From Dehalococcoidia bacterium UBA6627 (GTDB lineage Bacteria > Chloroflexota > Dehalococcoidia > UBA2979), in assembly GCA_002455955.1 (NCBI GenBank), contig DKLZ01000075.1, forward strand, positions 9,837-73,836: 64,000 bases of DNA. The letters are read 5' to 3'. Both the position numbers and the translations under genes were made by a program. The notes beneath the pieces are model-generated. The model made no database searches, was not told the origin of the DNA, and saw only the letters and a list, made by a program, of their open reading frames with translations. Below, in pieces: positions 29,892 to 39,271 of the stretch; position 1 is the stretch's first letter; every line of letters begins with the position of its first letter.

Positions 29892-31898
29892 ATGAACGTG
29901 ACTGCAACACTAGGAGCGTCTGTACTCATAACGGCTCTCGCCAGCTCTTCTTTCGCAACACTATCTGCAATCTATGGCCTACAGAAACAGAACAACCGTG
30001 CAATCCTCGCCTCGCAACGAGCAATCGTAGCTACCGGCGCCCTTACTACACTCGCACTCTTCTCACTCGCATTCGCATTGCTCTCGAACGATTTCTCAAT
30101 CTCCCACGTCGCAGAAGTTTCCTCGACGAACATGCAACCTTGGATGAAATGGGCATCTCTCTACAGTGGTCAACCCGGTTCGCTGCTGTTCTGGACATGG
30201 TCGATGTCCCTCCTCATGACACTCTTTGCCAAAACAACACTAAGGCGAATGCCCTGGGGAACGGCCCACGCGATTGCCGCGATGGGCATCATCCTCACAG
30301 CGTTTCTTATGGCTCTAGTTTTCTTTGCTTCGCCATTTCGAATCAACCCCGTCACACCAGTTGATGGCCAAGGACTAAATCCTTTGCTGGTCGATCCGGG
30401 TATGTTAATCCACCCACCTATGTTACTCACTGGACTCGTCAGCACATCGATTCCGTTTGTGATTGGAGTATCAGCATTAGCGTCCGGTCGTGTCGACACT
30501 GCTTGGTTGCGCCATGCACGACTCTGGGCTCTAGCATCATTCGTCATCCTAAGCGCTGGAAATTTTCTTGGAGCTTGGTGGGCCTACACGGTACTCGGCT
30601 GGGGTGGTTACTGGGGCTGGGATCCTGTCGAAAATTCCGCGATCTTGCCCTTGCTGCCAATCACAGCCTTCCTCCACTCAGCAGTTGTCCAGGAGCGACG
30701 AGGAATGTTGAAAGGTTGGAATCTGGCGCTCATTCTCACGGCGTTCGCACTAGCTATCTTTGGAACATTCAACGTCCGGAGTGGTCTAGTTGCCTCGGTA
30801 CACTCTTTCGCCCAATCCGAAGTTGGACCTTACTTCCTCGTGCTACTGGCACTGGTTGTCGCTACATCGCTCGCCCTCGCCATCTGGCGAATGCCACTGC
30901 TACGCGCCGACCATGACTTCGATTCCTTTGCCTCACGTGAAACAGGATTAATAGTTAATACCTATGTGCTAACCGTGATCACGCTCGTAATCCTTGGAGG
31001 CACTCTTTTTCCCATATTCTCTGAGCTAGTAAATGACACAAGAATTACTGTCGGACCACCTTTCTTCAACGACACTACCGGCCCGTTATGGATCGGCCTG
31101 CTTCTGCTAATGTCAGTCGGCACGATTCTTCCATGGCGTCGTGCCTCACCTAGCACTGTTCGGAAACGATTTCGTTCACCGTTAGCAATGTTGCTGGCGA
31201 TCATCTTCGCCCTAACTATCTTCGGCATGCGCAATCCATATGCGATCGCAACGATCGCCGCGGCAGCGATCGTCATCTTCGTCACTACCCGAGAGTTTTA
31301 TCTCGGGCTGCTGCACACGCACAGATCTGGAAAGAGCAACTGGCTTAGCGCGATCTCAAAGCTCTTCGAGCGTGACCGGCAACGTTACGGTGGCTACCTA
31401 GTTCACCTAGGTGCAGCAGTGATCGCTATCAGCATAATCAGTTCTTCGGTGTTCGAAACACAAGTTAGAGCGACGTTAGCTCCAGGCCAAACAATCAATG
31501 TTGGCAAGTATCAACTAACCTATGACGGCCTCCGCGTCCGCAAACCTGACGTAAATGGAATAGAGCAAGAAGTAGTAGCGATCATTGATGTCGAGAAGAA
31601 CGATACGGTGATTGCCTCATTGCAACCCGGTCAGCGGTTCTTCAGTAACTTCGCCAGTCAACCAGTAGCGATAGTAGCTATCGACGGGAACCTCCTCCGT
31701 GACCTGTACGTATTCATGCAAGGATTCGAACCAAATCAGACAGCCGAAATCCAAGCGTTCATCAAACCTCTCATACAATGGCTATGGATCGGCGGAGCAA
31801 TATACATACTCGGTGGACTGCTCGCCTTCACGCCGATTCGACAGGAGGCTCGAGTGCGCGACAAAACCGACACGCCAGAAAATTCACTGCAAGAATGA
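29892..31898 (+). CDS. ccmF: Cytochrome c heme lyase subunit CcmF
   Basis: WWD motif WGGYWGWDPVENSA. Multi-TM, 668 aa. Confidence 0.9.
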   Translation: MNVTATLGASVLITALASSSFATLSAIYGLQKQNNRAILASQRAIVATGALTTLALFSLAFALLSNDFSISHVAEVSSTNMQPWMKWASLYSGQPGSLLFWTWSMSLLMTLFAKTTLRRMPWGTAHAIAAMGIILTAFLMALVFFASPFRINPVTPVDGQGLNPLLVDPGMLIHPPMLLTGLVSTSIPFVIGVSALASGRVDTAWLRHARLWALASFVILSAGNFLGAWWAYTVLGWGGYWGWDPVENSAILPLLPITAFLHSAVVQERRGMLKGWNLALILTAFALAIFGTFNVRSGLVASVHSFAQSEVGPYFLVLLALVVATSLALAIWRMPLLRADHDFDSFASRETGLIVNTYVLTVITLVILGGTLFPIFSELVNDTRITVGPPFFNDTTGPLWIGLLLLMSVGTILPWRRASPSTVRKRFRSPLAMLLAIIFALTIFGMRNPYAIATIAAAAIVIFVTTREFYLGLLHTHRSGKSNWLSAISKLFERDRQRYGGYLVHLGAAVIAISIISSSVFETQVRATLAPGQTINVGKYQLTYDGLRVRKPDVNGIEQEVVAIIDVEKNDTVIASLQPGQRFFSNFASQPVAIVAIDGNLLRDLYVFMQGFEPNQTAEIQAFIKPLIQWLWIGGAIYILGGLLAFTPIRQEARVRDKTDTPENSLQE

Positions 31899-32401
31899 CA
31901 CGCAAATATTTGATAATTGGCCTCCTGATACTTCTAACCGTTGGTACGGCAGCACTAGAGATAGCTATAGCGAACCCTATCAATGCCCAGGAGCTACCGC
32001 CCGAGCTCAAGAAACGTGCACTTGGGATCGAACAACAACTTCTGTGCCCTCAGTGCACAAACAAACGATTAGACGTCTGTGAATTAGCTATATGCGACGA
32101 TATGCGTCGACAAATCCAACAGCAGTTAGCAGAAGGTCGGACAAACGATGAAATCATATTCTTCTTCTCGAATCGCTACGGACAGAGAGTGCTCGCTGAA
32201 ATCCCGCGTAGAGGCTTTAACCTCTTTCTGTTTGCATGGGTTGGTGCTTCGTTCTTGATCGTTGGTGCCGGAGGTACGCTGTTCTTGCTTCAGTTACGCC
32301 GCACCGGGAAAAAACGACACTCAGCAACGACGAACACTATGAACGGGCAATCTGAAGACGAACGATGGCTTGAAGCCGAACTGACTAAGGACGAACACTA
32401 A
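31895..32401 (+). CDS. ccmH: Cytochrome c biogenesis protein CcmH (NrfF-like)
   Basis: MTRKYLIIGLLIL signal/anchor and LLCPQCTNKRLDVC redox motif. ATG overlaps the ccmF stop (ATGA). Confidence 0.8.
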   Translation: MTRKYLIIGLLILLTVGTAALEIAIANPINAQELPPELKKRALGIEQQLLCPQCTNKRLDVCELAICDDMRRQIQQQLAEGRTNDEIIFFFSNRYGQRVLAEIPRRGFNLFLFAWVGASFLIVGAGGTLFLLQLRRTGKKRHSATTNTMNGQSEDERWLEAELTKDEH

Positions 32402-32679
32402 TGGAGTGGCTAGTATTGCTTTCTGTCGCATCCTTAACAGCCATCTATATCTGCTGGCCGCATAGTCCTCTGCCATTAGAATCCGCTTCTGAAGTTGAGC
32501 GACTTCGCGATCAGCGGAACAACCTACTGGAAGACTTAACCGAAATCAATGCAGATTACGCGATGGGTCGGATATCCAACGATGAAAGAACCATCGGACG
32601 GCAGATAATCGCGCCAAAACTAAGAGCCGTGACAGAACGGCTTCGTGACCTCGGGGAAACACTTGAGGTACTACCCTGA
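32401..32679 (+). CDS. Small membrane-anchored coiled-coil protein (possible CcmI N-terminal-like module)
   Basis: One N-terminal TM, then a helical segment. ATG overlaps the ccmH stop (TAATG). Confidence 0.5.
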   Translation: MEWLVLLSVASLTAIYICWPHSPLPLESASEVERLRDQRNNLLEDLTEINADYAMGRISNDERTIGRQIIAPKLRAVTERLRDLGETLEVLP

Positions 32680-33704
32680 AACGCCTCTCCGCGATCACTC
32701 TCGTCGCGACAATGTTATTGATGAGCATCGCAACGAGCGAGCGCTCCGAGGCGCAGACGGTGGATGATCGTAAAGGAAGGATCAACGGCGCAATCCACTT
32801 AATGACCCCGGGGGTCGTGCTTGGGAAGATCACCGTCCAGTTGATAATAGTCGGAGACGATGCAGACCTGAGGTCAATTGAAACGCAGGCTCGACCCGAC
32901 GGTCGTTTTTATTTTGACGTGATCGCTGATCCAGCAGTCACGCATGTCGTCCGCGTCGTGTATGACGGGGTACAGTATCTGAGCAATCCCGTCTTGATTT
33001 CCCCTGAACTGCCCATTGCTGACGTCGAACTTGAAATATTCGCAGTCAGTGAAGACAAACCCGCCTTAGTAATTGAAAAGACTATCGTGACAGTTCTTGC
33101 AATCGATCGTCTCACAACGGAGCTAACATTGATTCGAGAGGACCTCGTCCGGCACGATGCGCCAACCGTATATGTCGGTTCGAACGACAGTGCCACCCTA
33201 GTACTTCCTGCACCCGACGGTACGTCTGATGCAGGAGGATTCGACGAAGACACATCGATATATTCGTTCGATGGAAGAAGCCTCGCCATTACAGCAGCAC
33301 TTCATCCAGGAGTGACTTCTATCGTCACTCGATATACCGTCGGTTACAGACTGGATGAGGACGAATACCGCTTGCGAATTACGGCACCACTCAGATCAAA
33401 TCACATAGAGGTACGTGTACCCAAGCGATTCGTTAACGAAGTTCACTCTAGGAGTATCGACGCAATTCGCGCTCCTGATACAACCTTTGAGGGTGAATCA
33501 CTGAGCGTCATCAAGCGGACAACCGTCGCGGAACCTGGGCAAGGTCTCGTGGTTGACCTGCGAGGGTTATCGGGCATCGAGCGCACAGCAAACCCACTCA
33601 CTTCGCGATACGGTGCCGCTGCGGGTGTGGTATTCGCGCTAATTGTTATCACGGGAATCGCGATTGGCCTCAGGAGATGCCTTCCAGAAAAATCAGCATG
33701 GTAG
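32676..33704 (+). CDS. Hypothetical exported beta-rich protein with C-terminal TM anchor, embedded in the ccm operon
   Basis: First ATG is at 32712. An in-frame CTG at 32676 overlaps the upstream stop (CTGA) and would add a signal-like LKRLSAITLVATMLLMSIATSERSEAQ. N-terminal region resembles a carboxypeptidase-regulatory-like domain (DGRFYFD). C-terminal AAAGVVFALIVITGIAIGL. Confidence 0.6.
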   Translation: MKRLSAITLVATMLLMSIATSERSEAQTVDDRKGRINGAIHLMTPGVVLGKITVQLIIVGDDADLRSIETQARPDGRFYFDVIADPAVTHVVRVVYDGVQYLSNPVLISPELPIADVELEIFAVSEDKPALVIEKTIVTVLAIDRLTTELTLIREDLVRHDAPTVYVGSNDSATLVLPAPDGTSDAGGFDEDTSIYSFDGRSLAITAALHPGVTSIVTRYTVGYRLDEDEYRLRITAPLRSNHIEVRVPKRFVNEVHSRSIDAIRAPDTTFEGESLSVIKRTTVAEPGQGLVVDLRGLSGIERTANPLTSRYGAAAGVVFALIVITGIAIGLRRCLPEKSAW

Positions 33705-34396
33705 AAAGTACTGTCGCGATAGAAACCAATGGACTAACGAAGAGATACAGCGGTATCGAAGTGATCTCCGCCGCAACATTTTCCCTACCAAAAGGATCAA
33801 AGACTGCATTGATCGGGCCGAATGGTTCGGGCAAGACCACACTACTCGGGATGCTCTCCTCACTGATCACACCGAGTGCCGGTGAAGCAACTCTCGCAGG
33901 GCATTCACTGACCGCAAATTCGCAATCGTTTAGGCGCGAAATTGGTGTTCTGGCACATCGACCGATGATCTACGAGGAGCTATCACCTTTCGAAAACCTC
34001 CAATTCTTCGCGAGGTTATACGAGATCGATGAGCAGGACTCTAGAATCGAGGATTTGCTTCGTGCTGTGGGTCTTTGGCAACGACGCCAAGCGCCAGCCC
34101 AGATATTGTCTCGCGGTTATCATCAGAGACTTGCTCTAGCACGAGCATTACTCCACCGACCGCAGATACTATTGCTAGACGAGCCAGAAACTGGCCTCGA
34201 TCCCGAAGGTATCCGACTACTCGATGAACTCGTCCTCCGCGCGCCAGATATAACTGTCCTCGCTGCCACACACCTCATCGAACGCGCTTCGTCTTGGTCT
34301 GATGGAGTTCTGCGTCTCGAGAGAGGGCGTATCGTCGAAGCTACCGCAAAACCATCAAAGACAGATGCACCTCCTAAGATCGAAGCTCCAGCATGA
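33677..34396 (+). CDS. ccmA: Heme exporter ATP-binding protein CcmA
   Basis: Walker A GPNGSGKTTLL, signature LSRGYHQRLALARAL, Walker B LLLDEP. Alternative start ATG 33698 (ATGGTAG overlap). Confidence 0.85.
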   Translation: MPSRKISMVESTVAIETNGLTKRYSGIEVISAATFSLPKGSKTALIGPNGSGKTTLLGMLSSLITPSAGEATLAGHSLTANSQSFRREIGVLAHRPMIYEELSPFENLQFFARLYEIDEQDSRIEDLLRAVGLWQRRQAPAQILSRGYHQRLALARALLHRPQILLLDEPETGLDPEGIRLLDELVLRAPDITVLAATHLIERASSWSDGVLRLERGRIVEATAKPSKTDAPPKIEAPA

Positions 34397-35049
34397 ATCC
34401 TATGCTCACCTTAATTCGAAAAGATCTTCAACTGACCTGGCGCGACCGTAGCAACTGGCTTTCCGCACTTTCGTTCGCTTGTATCAGTCTCCTGATTTAT
34501 TCGTTTGCCTTTGATTTAGTAGCTACCGACCTGAAGCCATTGTTACCTGGTGTCCTCTGGACGACATTCCTATTCGTTGGTGTCTTTGCCAGTAGCCAAT
34601 CTTTTCAGCGTGAATGGGACTCGGACGTTTTAGACGCCTTAATGCTTGCTCCAATCTCTCCTACAGCAATTTATCTCGGGAAAGCATTGACAAACGTGAT
34701 CTCGCTATTGGCAATCGAATTGGTTCTTCTGCTCCTCAGCACTATGCTATTTGACACGGCCTTCCTCACCGCCGAGCTAATACTGGTGGTTGTCATCGGA
34801 ACGATCGGATACATCTCGCTAACAACGCTTCTGTCGACACTCGGCACACGTGCTAGAGCACGTTCTATGCTGTTCCCCGTACTCGCACTTCCACTTTTGA
34901 TCCCGCTACTAATCGCAGGAGTCCGAGCATCGAGTGCAGCGATGGACGAGCCTATCGGTTCTGCACCATGGATCCTCTTACTCACTGTGTTTGCTATCTG
35001 GAGTACTGCTAGCGGATTACTCCTTTTCCCATTGGCAGTGAAACGATGA
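34393..35049 (+). CDS. ccmB: Heme exporter permease CcmB
   Basis: 218 aa, 6 TM. ATGA overlap with ccmA. Confidence 0.85.
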   Translation: MNPMLTLIRKDLQLTWRDRSNWLSALSFACISLLIYSFAFDLVATDLKPLLPGVLWTTFLFVGVFASSQSFQREWDSDVLDALMLAPISPTAIYLGKALTNVISLLAIELVLLLLSTMLFDTAFLTAELILVVVIGTIGYISLTTLLSTLGTRARARSMLFPVLALPLLIPLLIAGVRASSAAMDEPIGSAPWILLLTVFAIWSTASGLLLFPLAVKR

Positions 35050-35828
35050 GTGCTACGAGCCCTGATATCCCTGAAGCACGTCCATCGCGCCTTCAAGCAC
35101 TATTCACGTTTCTTCTGAGAGCTGTTCTCCCGGTTTACCAGAGGCGCTGGGTGCTCCTTCCCGCGCTCACCGGAGTCATGATGATGGCTATGCTCGTGGG
35201 AGCAGTCCTAGCGGCCCCGCGTGAAGTCGTGGAGGGAGATGTTCAACGCTTGATGTACTTACATGTCCCGTCTGCAACCATTGGGACTTACTTTTCTTTC
35301 CTTATCACCGCCGTTGCTTCAGCAATCTTCCTCATGTCCCGGGATATCCGTTGGGACGCGGTCGCACGGGCAGCTGCAACGGTAGGTGTGCTCTTTACGA
35401 TCTTTACTCTGGCAACAGGGGCGATCTGGGGAAAGCCGATTTGGGGAGTCTACTGGTCATGGGACGCGCGTCTTACCTCCACTTTGGTACTCCTCCTGAT
35501 CTACACGGCGTACTTACTAGCAAGATCAGTGGCTGGTCCAAATGATGAACAAGCAGCACGTTATACAGCAATTTTCGCGCTGGTTGGATTTCTCGATATC
35601 CCGCTAATCCACTTCTCTGTTGATTGGTGGCGAACACTTCACCCACAGCGGATAATCTTTAACACTCGGCCTGCAGTACCAAACGAGATGTTGTTCGTCC
35701 TGCTCGTCGCGTTCCTAGCTATTACGTTTTTGATGTTGTGGCTCATCGCTTTACGCAGTGATTCCGAACAGCTTGCGCAACGCACTGACCGTATGCGTAT
35801 GTACCTAGATCAGCGAGGAAACAATTAA
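35046..35828 (+). CDS. ccmC: Heme exporter protein CcmC
   Basis: WWD motif WGKPIWGVYWSWDARL. ATGA overlap with ccmB. Confidence 0.9.
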   Translation: MSATSPDIPEARPSRLQALFTFLLRAVLPVYQRRWVLLPALTGVMMMAMLVGAVLAAPREVVEGDVQRLMYLHVPSATIGTYFSFLITAVASAIFLMSRDIRWDAVARAAATVGVLFTIFTLATGAIWGKPIWGVYWSWDARLTSTLVLLLIYTAYLLARSVAGPNDEQAARYTAIFALVGFLDIPLIHFSVDWWRTLHPQRIIFNTRPAVPNEMLFVLLVAFLAITFLMLWLIALRSDSEQLAQRTDRMRMYLDQRGNN

Positions 35829-36094
35829 TGGAAGAAAATGCACTTGAGTTCCTCTTCGCAGGATTCGCTGTCTTCTGGGCCGGACTCTTTATCTACCTAG
35901 TGCTGCTGCAGATACGCCTTCGTGATATCCAGCAAGAAGTCGCGACCCTCGAAGAACGCCTTACCGAATCAGAAAATACCGACACTTCCTACGGAGAAGC
36001 TATTAGCACCTCTGAATCAACTGCAGATTCCACCACTCCAAACGAACTTTCCAAGAGAGACACAACCACAAACGCATCCTCACGCGACGCTTAG
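35828..36094 (+). CDS. ccmD: Heme exporter protein CcmD-like (single TM) with acidic/Thr-Ser tail
   Basis: EFLFAGFAVFWAGLFIYLVLL TM followed by RLRDIQQEV. TAATG overlap with ccmC. Confidence 0.6.
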   Translation: MEENALEFLFAGFAVFWAGLFIYLVLLQIRLRDIQQEVATLEERLTESENTDTSYGEAISTSESTADSTTPNELSKRDTTTNASSRDA

Positions 36095-36149
36095 GAAATG
36101 ATGACAAAGGTCAAGAACCAAGGAATAAACTTGGTTGGAGCCAGATGAT

Positions 36150-37109
36150 ATGTCGGAAACCGGGTCGCAGCGTCACAAAAGAGCCTCGAGCGTCAGCTTG
36201 TCCGACACCAGCGACCTGTCTCAATCAATGAGTAAACGTTCTTTCAGTACCGTACTATACGACTACCTAATCCTCCTCAAGCCATCGATCATCGTGCTAT
36301 TACTTATCACGACCGTTCCTGCGATGATCTTGGCCAATGACGCATGGCCTGATGCTTGGCTAGTAATCGCTACATTGATAGGTGGCATCCTCGCTGCCGG
36401 TGGTGCCGGTGCCGCGAACATGTACATTGACCGCGACATTGACAAGATCATGGTGCGAACAAGATCTCGCCCACTACCCGCTGGTCGTATTCCTGCTCGA
36501 CATGCGGCGATCGCTGGCTGGTCGATGGGTACAGCCTCAGGCGTTTGGCTAGTGCTAACCGTCAATATCCTCTCAGCAGTCCTAGCAGTGAGTGCCTTTT
36601 TCTTCTATGTAGTGGTCTACAGCATGTGGTTGAAGCGCACGACGGTACATAACACCGTTCTAGGAGGAATCGCGGGCGCAGCGCCTCCATTGATTGGGTG
36701 GGCGGCTGTAACAGGCTCAATCGATTGGACCAGTGCACTTCTGTTCCTCGTCGTCTTTGCCTGGCAACCGCCTCATTTCTGGGCACTCGCTCTACTACTT
36801 GCAGACGATTATCGGGATGCGAACGTCCCAATGCTCCCCGCTGTTCGAGACGAAGGCGAGACGAAGTACCATACGTTGATCTGGTCGATGCTAACCGCTG
36901 CCGTGACTTTGGCTCTGGGCATCACTGCACGCCTAGGCGCACTATATTTTGCGATCGCAACGATTGGAGGAATCGGGTTGATAGTTGTTGCTTGGCGACT
37001 ATACCGAACACCAGGGGTCGAAATGGCACCAGTGATGTTCCGCTATTCGACAATTTACCTCACGCTGCTATTCGGCAGTATGGCAGCGGATCGCCTTCTA
37101 TTTGATTAG
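36150..37109 (+). CDS. ctaB: Protoheme IX farnesyltransferase (heme O synthase)
   Basis: UbiA-family motifs NMYIDRDIDKIMVRTRSRPLP and a second D-rich region LLLADDYRD. Upstream TTG 36135 is also possible. Confidence 0.9.
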   Translation: MSETGSQRHKRASSVSLSDTSDLSQSMSKRSFSTVLYDYLILLKPSIIVLLLITTVPAMILANDAWPDAWLVIATLIGGILAAGGAGAANMYIDRDIDKIMVRTRSRPLPAGRIPARHAAIAGWSMGTASGVWLVLTVNILSAVLAVSAFFFYVVVYSMWLKRTTVHNTVLGGIAGAAPPLIGWAAVTGSIDWTSALLFLVVFAWQPPHFWALALLLADDYRDANVPMLPAVRDEGETKYHTLIWSMLTAAVTLALGITARLGALYFAIATIGGIGLIVVAWRLYRTPGVEMAPVMFRYSTIYLTLLFGSMAADRLLFD

Positions 37110-37153
37110 CTCTGCCAACAAACTTAGGGCTTAATCAACACTGCCTTCTGTTG

Positions 37154-37957
37154 CTAGCCGCGCACCTCAAGAACCCTGAACCGTAACTTTCCTGCTGGTG
37201 CTTCGACCACTACTTCTTCACCTTGGCCTCGATTCAATAGAGCAACACCGATCGGGGACTCAGTAGAGATCTTGCCATTAGTGGGATCAACTTCCGCAGG
37301 ACTTACAAGAGTGAACTCTTGCTCCTTGTCCTGATCAATATTTAGAAGCTTCACTACGGATCCCACGTTCGCTAGACCACCTTTTGCATCTGCGTCGATT
37401 ATCACAGCATGCCGCAATCGATCCTCTGTCTCGCGAATTTTCGCTTCGAGATGAGCTTGTTCATCACGAGCCGCATCCAAAGGAGCATTTTCACGGAAAT
37501 CTTTGTCCGCCATCGCTTCACGCAATTTCTTCGCTATCTGCGGGCGCTCTGCCTTCAACTCCTCCAATTGTCCTTCGAGTGATTGCAGACCATCAAAAGT
37601 GACGTGAAATGCTTTGCCACCAAGATCATCAGATGCACCGCGCAGACCTCGGGCTCCCCCGTGGTCTCCTTCCAATTGGAGTTTCGGAACCAAATTTTCC
37701 TCCGTGAACGCGAGACGTGATGAATAAGCAAGGAAAGCACGTAATGGCTCTAGATGGCTAACATCATGTTCCTCTTCAGTAAAAACTTCTGAGATATAAC
37801 GAATGATGTCAGCGCCCGATAACTCCTGCATCGTTCGATCTGTGCCAAACCAATCGACAAACTGATCGACAATCGGACGCTCTACTTCTGCCTTCTCGGG
37901 CTCAAGAGAGTTCACGAAATGAGTAAGTGCCTCTTTCGAAGTAATAGATTCCACCAT
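37154..37957 (-). CDS. GreA/GreB-family transcript cleavage factor homolog with ~110-aa N-terminal extension
   Basis: C-terminal GreA domain (VGSVVKLLNIDQDKEQEFTLVSPAEVDPTNGKISTESPIGVALLNRGQGEEV). Preceding coiled coil with DFRENAPLDAARDEQ. Start at MVESITS is preceded by GGAAGGA. Confidence 0.75.
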   Translation of the reverse strand: MVESITSKEALTHFVNSLEPEKAEVERPIVDQFVDWFGTDRTMQELSGADIIRYISEVFTEEEHDVSHLEPLRAFLAYSSRLAFTEENLVPKLQLEGDHGGARGLRGASDDLGGKAFHVTFDGLQSLEGQLEELKAERPQIAKKLREAMADKDFRENAPLDAARDEQAHLEAKIRETEDRLRHAVIIDADAKGGLANVGSVVKLLNIDQDKEQEFTLVSPAEVDPTNGKISTESPIGVALLNRGQGEEVVVEAPAGKLRFRVLEVRG

Positions 37958-38107
37958 CGGACGATCCTTCCGATTTCCTGTGACGGAAATAGCAAGCATT
38001 CTGCGGGATAACAACCACGCAAGAGTCAACAGTTGATCCCGTACGCAGCAGTCTAGAAGATGACTAGTCACGACTGTCAATCAGCCGAAGAATCAGTACT
38101 GGACTAA

Positions 38108-38869
38108 ATGTCGATAAGTGCTAACGAAGACCACGTTACAGGAAACGCTCTAGATTCCGAAGCAACTCGTCTCGGAATACAGCTCTCGCAGCGTGATAGC
38201 GACGCTTTTAATCGCTACTTCGAACTGCTAAGAGAAGGAACCAGACGTGCTGGCCTGACCTCTCTCAGAACTCGAGACCAGATCGAACGACGCCTCTTCG
38301 GTGAATCACTCGCACTCCTCGTTGGCTTGCGAAACGCCAACCTAGTACCCAGTAACAGACCCTTCCTAGTAGCTGATATCGGTAGCGGTGGTGGCTTTCC
38401 CGGTATACCGATGCGAATCCTAGAGCCGACTATGCAACTCGCCTTAATTGAGGCTCAACAGCGCCGTTGTGCGTTCCTCGAAAGTGTTACTGAACAACTC
38501 AGCCTCAACAATGTTCGGGTACTACACACACGTGCAGAGGACGCCGGCCGTGACATTAAGCTCCGTGCCTCGTTTGACCTTGTAGTCGCCCGCGCCGTCG
38601 CACCACTCGACATTCTTGTGGAATACGCGCTACCTCTTCTGCAAGTCGGTGGCATACTCGCGACACCTAAGGGAAGTAACGCATCGAAAGAGCTGACGGA
38701 GGCTCAGATCGCGATCGAGGAACTCGGTGGTGTCGCCCTCGACCCGATCCCACTCTCGCTCCCCGAGCAAGCTCCATCTCAAAATGTGTTGGTGATACGT
38801 CGTCAAGGGAAATTGAATGACCGCTACCCTCGCCGGGCCGGAATTCCTTCGAAGCGACGACTCCGATAA
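38108..38869 (+). CDS. rsmG: 16S rRNA (guanine527-N7)-methyltransferase RsmG (GidB)
   Basis: SAM motif VADIGSGGGFPGIPM. Length and overall pattern typical. Confidence 0.85.
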   Translation: MSISANEDHVTGNALDSEATRLGIQLSQRDSDAFNRYFELLREGTRRAGLTSLRTRDQIERRLFGESLALLVGLRNANLVPSNRPFLVADIGSGGGFPGIPMRILEPTMQLALIEAQQRRCAFLESVTEQLSLNNVRVLHTRAEDAGRDIKLRASFDLVVARAVAPLDILVEYALPLLQVGGILATPKGSNASKELTEAQIAIEELGGVALDPIPLSLPEQAPSQNVLVIRRQGKLNDRYPRRAGIPSKRRLR

Positions 38870-39271
38870 TTCTCTCACTGTATTCGACTCAAAGAATCAA
38901 ATAGGACCAACCAAGGACGGACGACCGAATAACTAACCAATTCATCAAGATAATCAGTTGATACCTGCCCTCCTCGAGGAAATCGTCAACCATACGAAAG
39001 AAGCGTTATACGACAGGGCGTGCTGGCGAATGGATTCCTCGAACGGAGCTCGTGCATCTTCGCGACAATGAACAACTCGTTATGCGTGCGCGTTTGGAAT
39101 GGCTCATCAACCAAGAACAGTCCGATCAGCTTGGCGCCAATTTGGAACTAACGGCATAGCTTCGTAAAGCAGCAATCCCACGGGGCTTAGATAGAAATCT
39201 CACTGAATCCAAGACCAGCATTAATGAACATCGCCGTAATGTTCTCAATATTTCATTACGTATGTTTTTTG

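Noticed and set aside
31778-31894. Upstream extension of the ccmH ORF
   Set aside because: It lies inside ccmF in another frame. The signal anchor begins at the ATG overlapping the ccmF stop.
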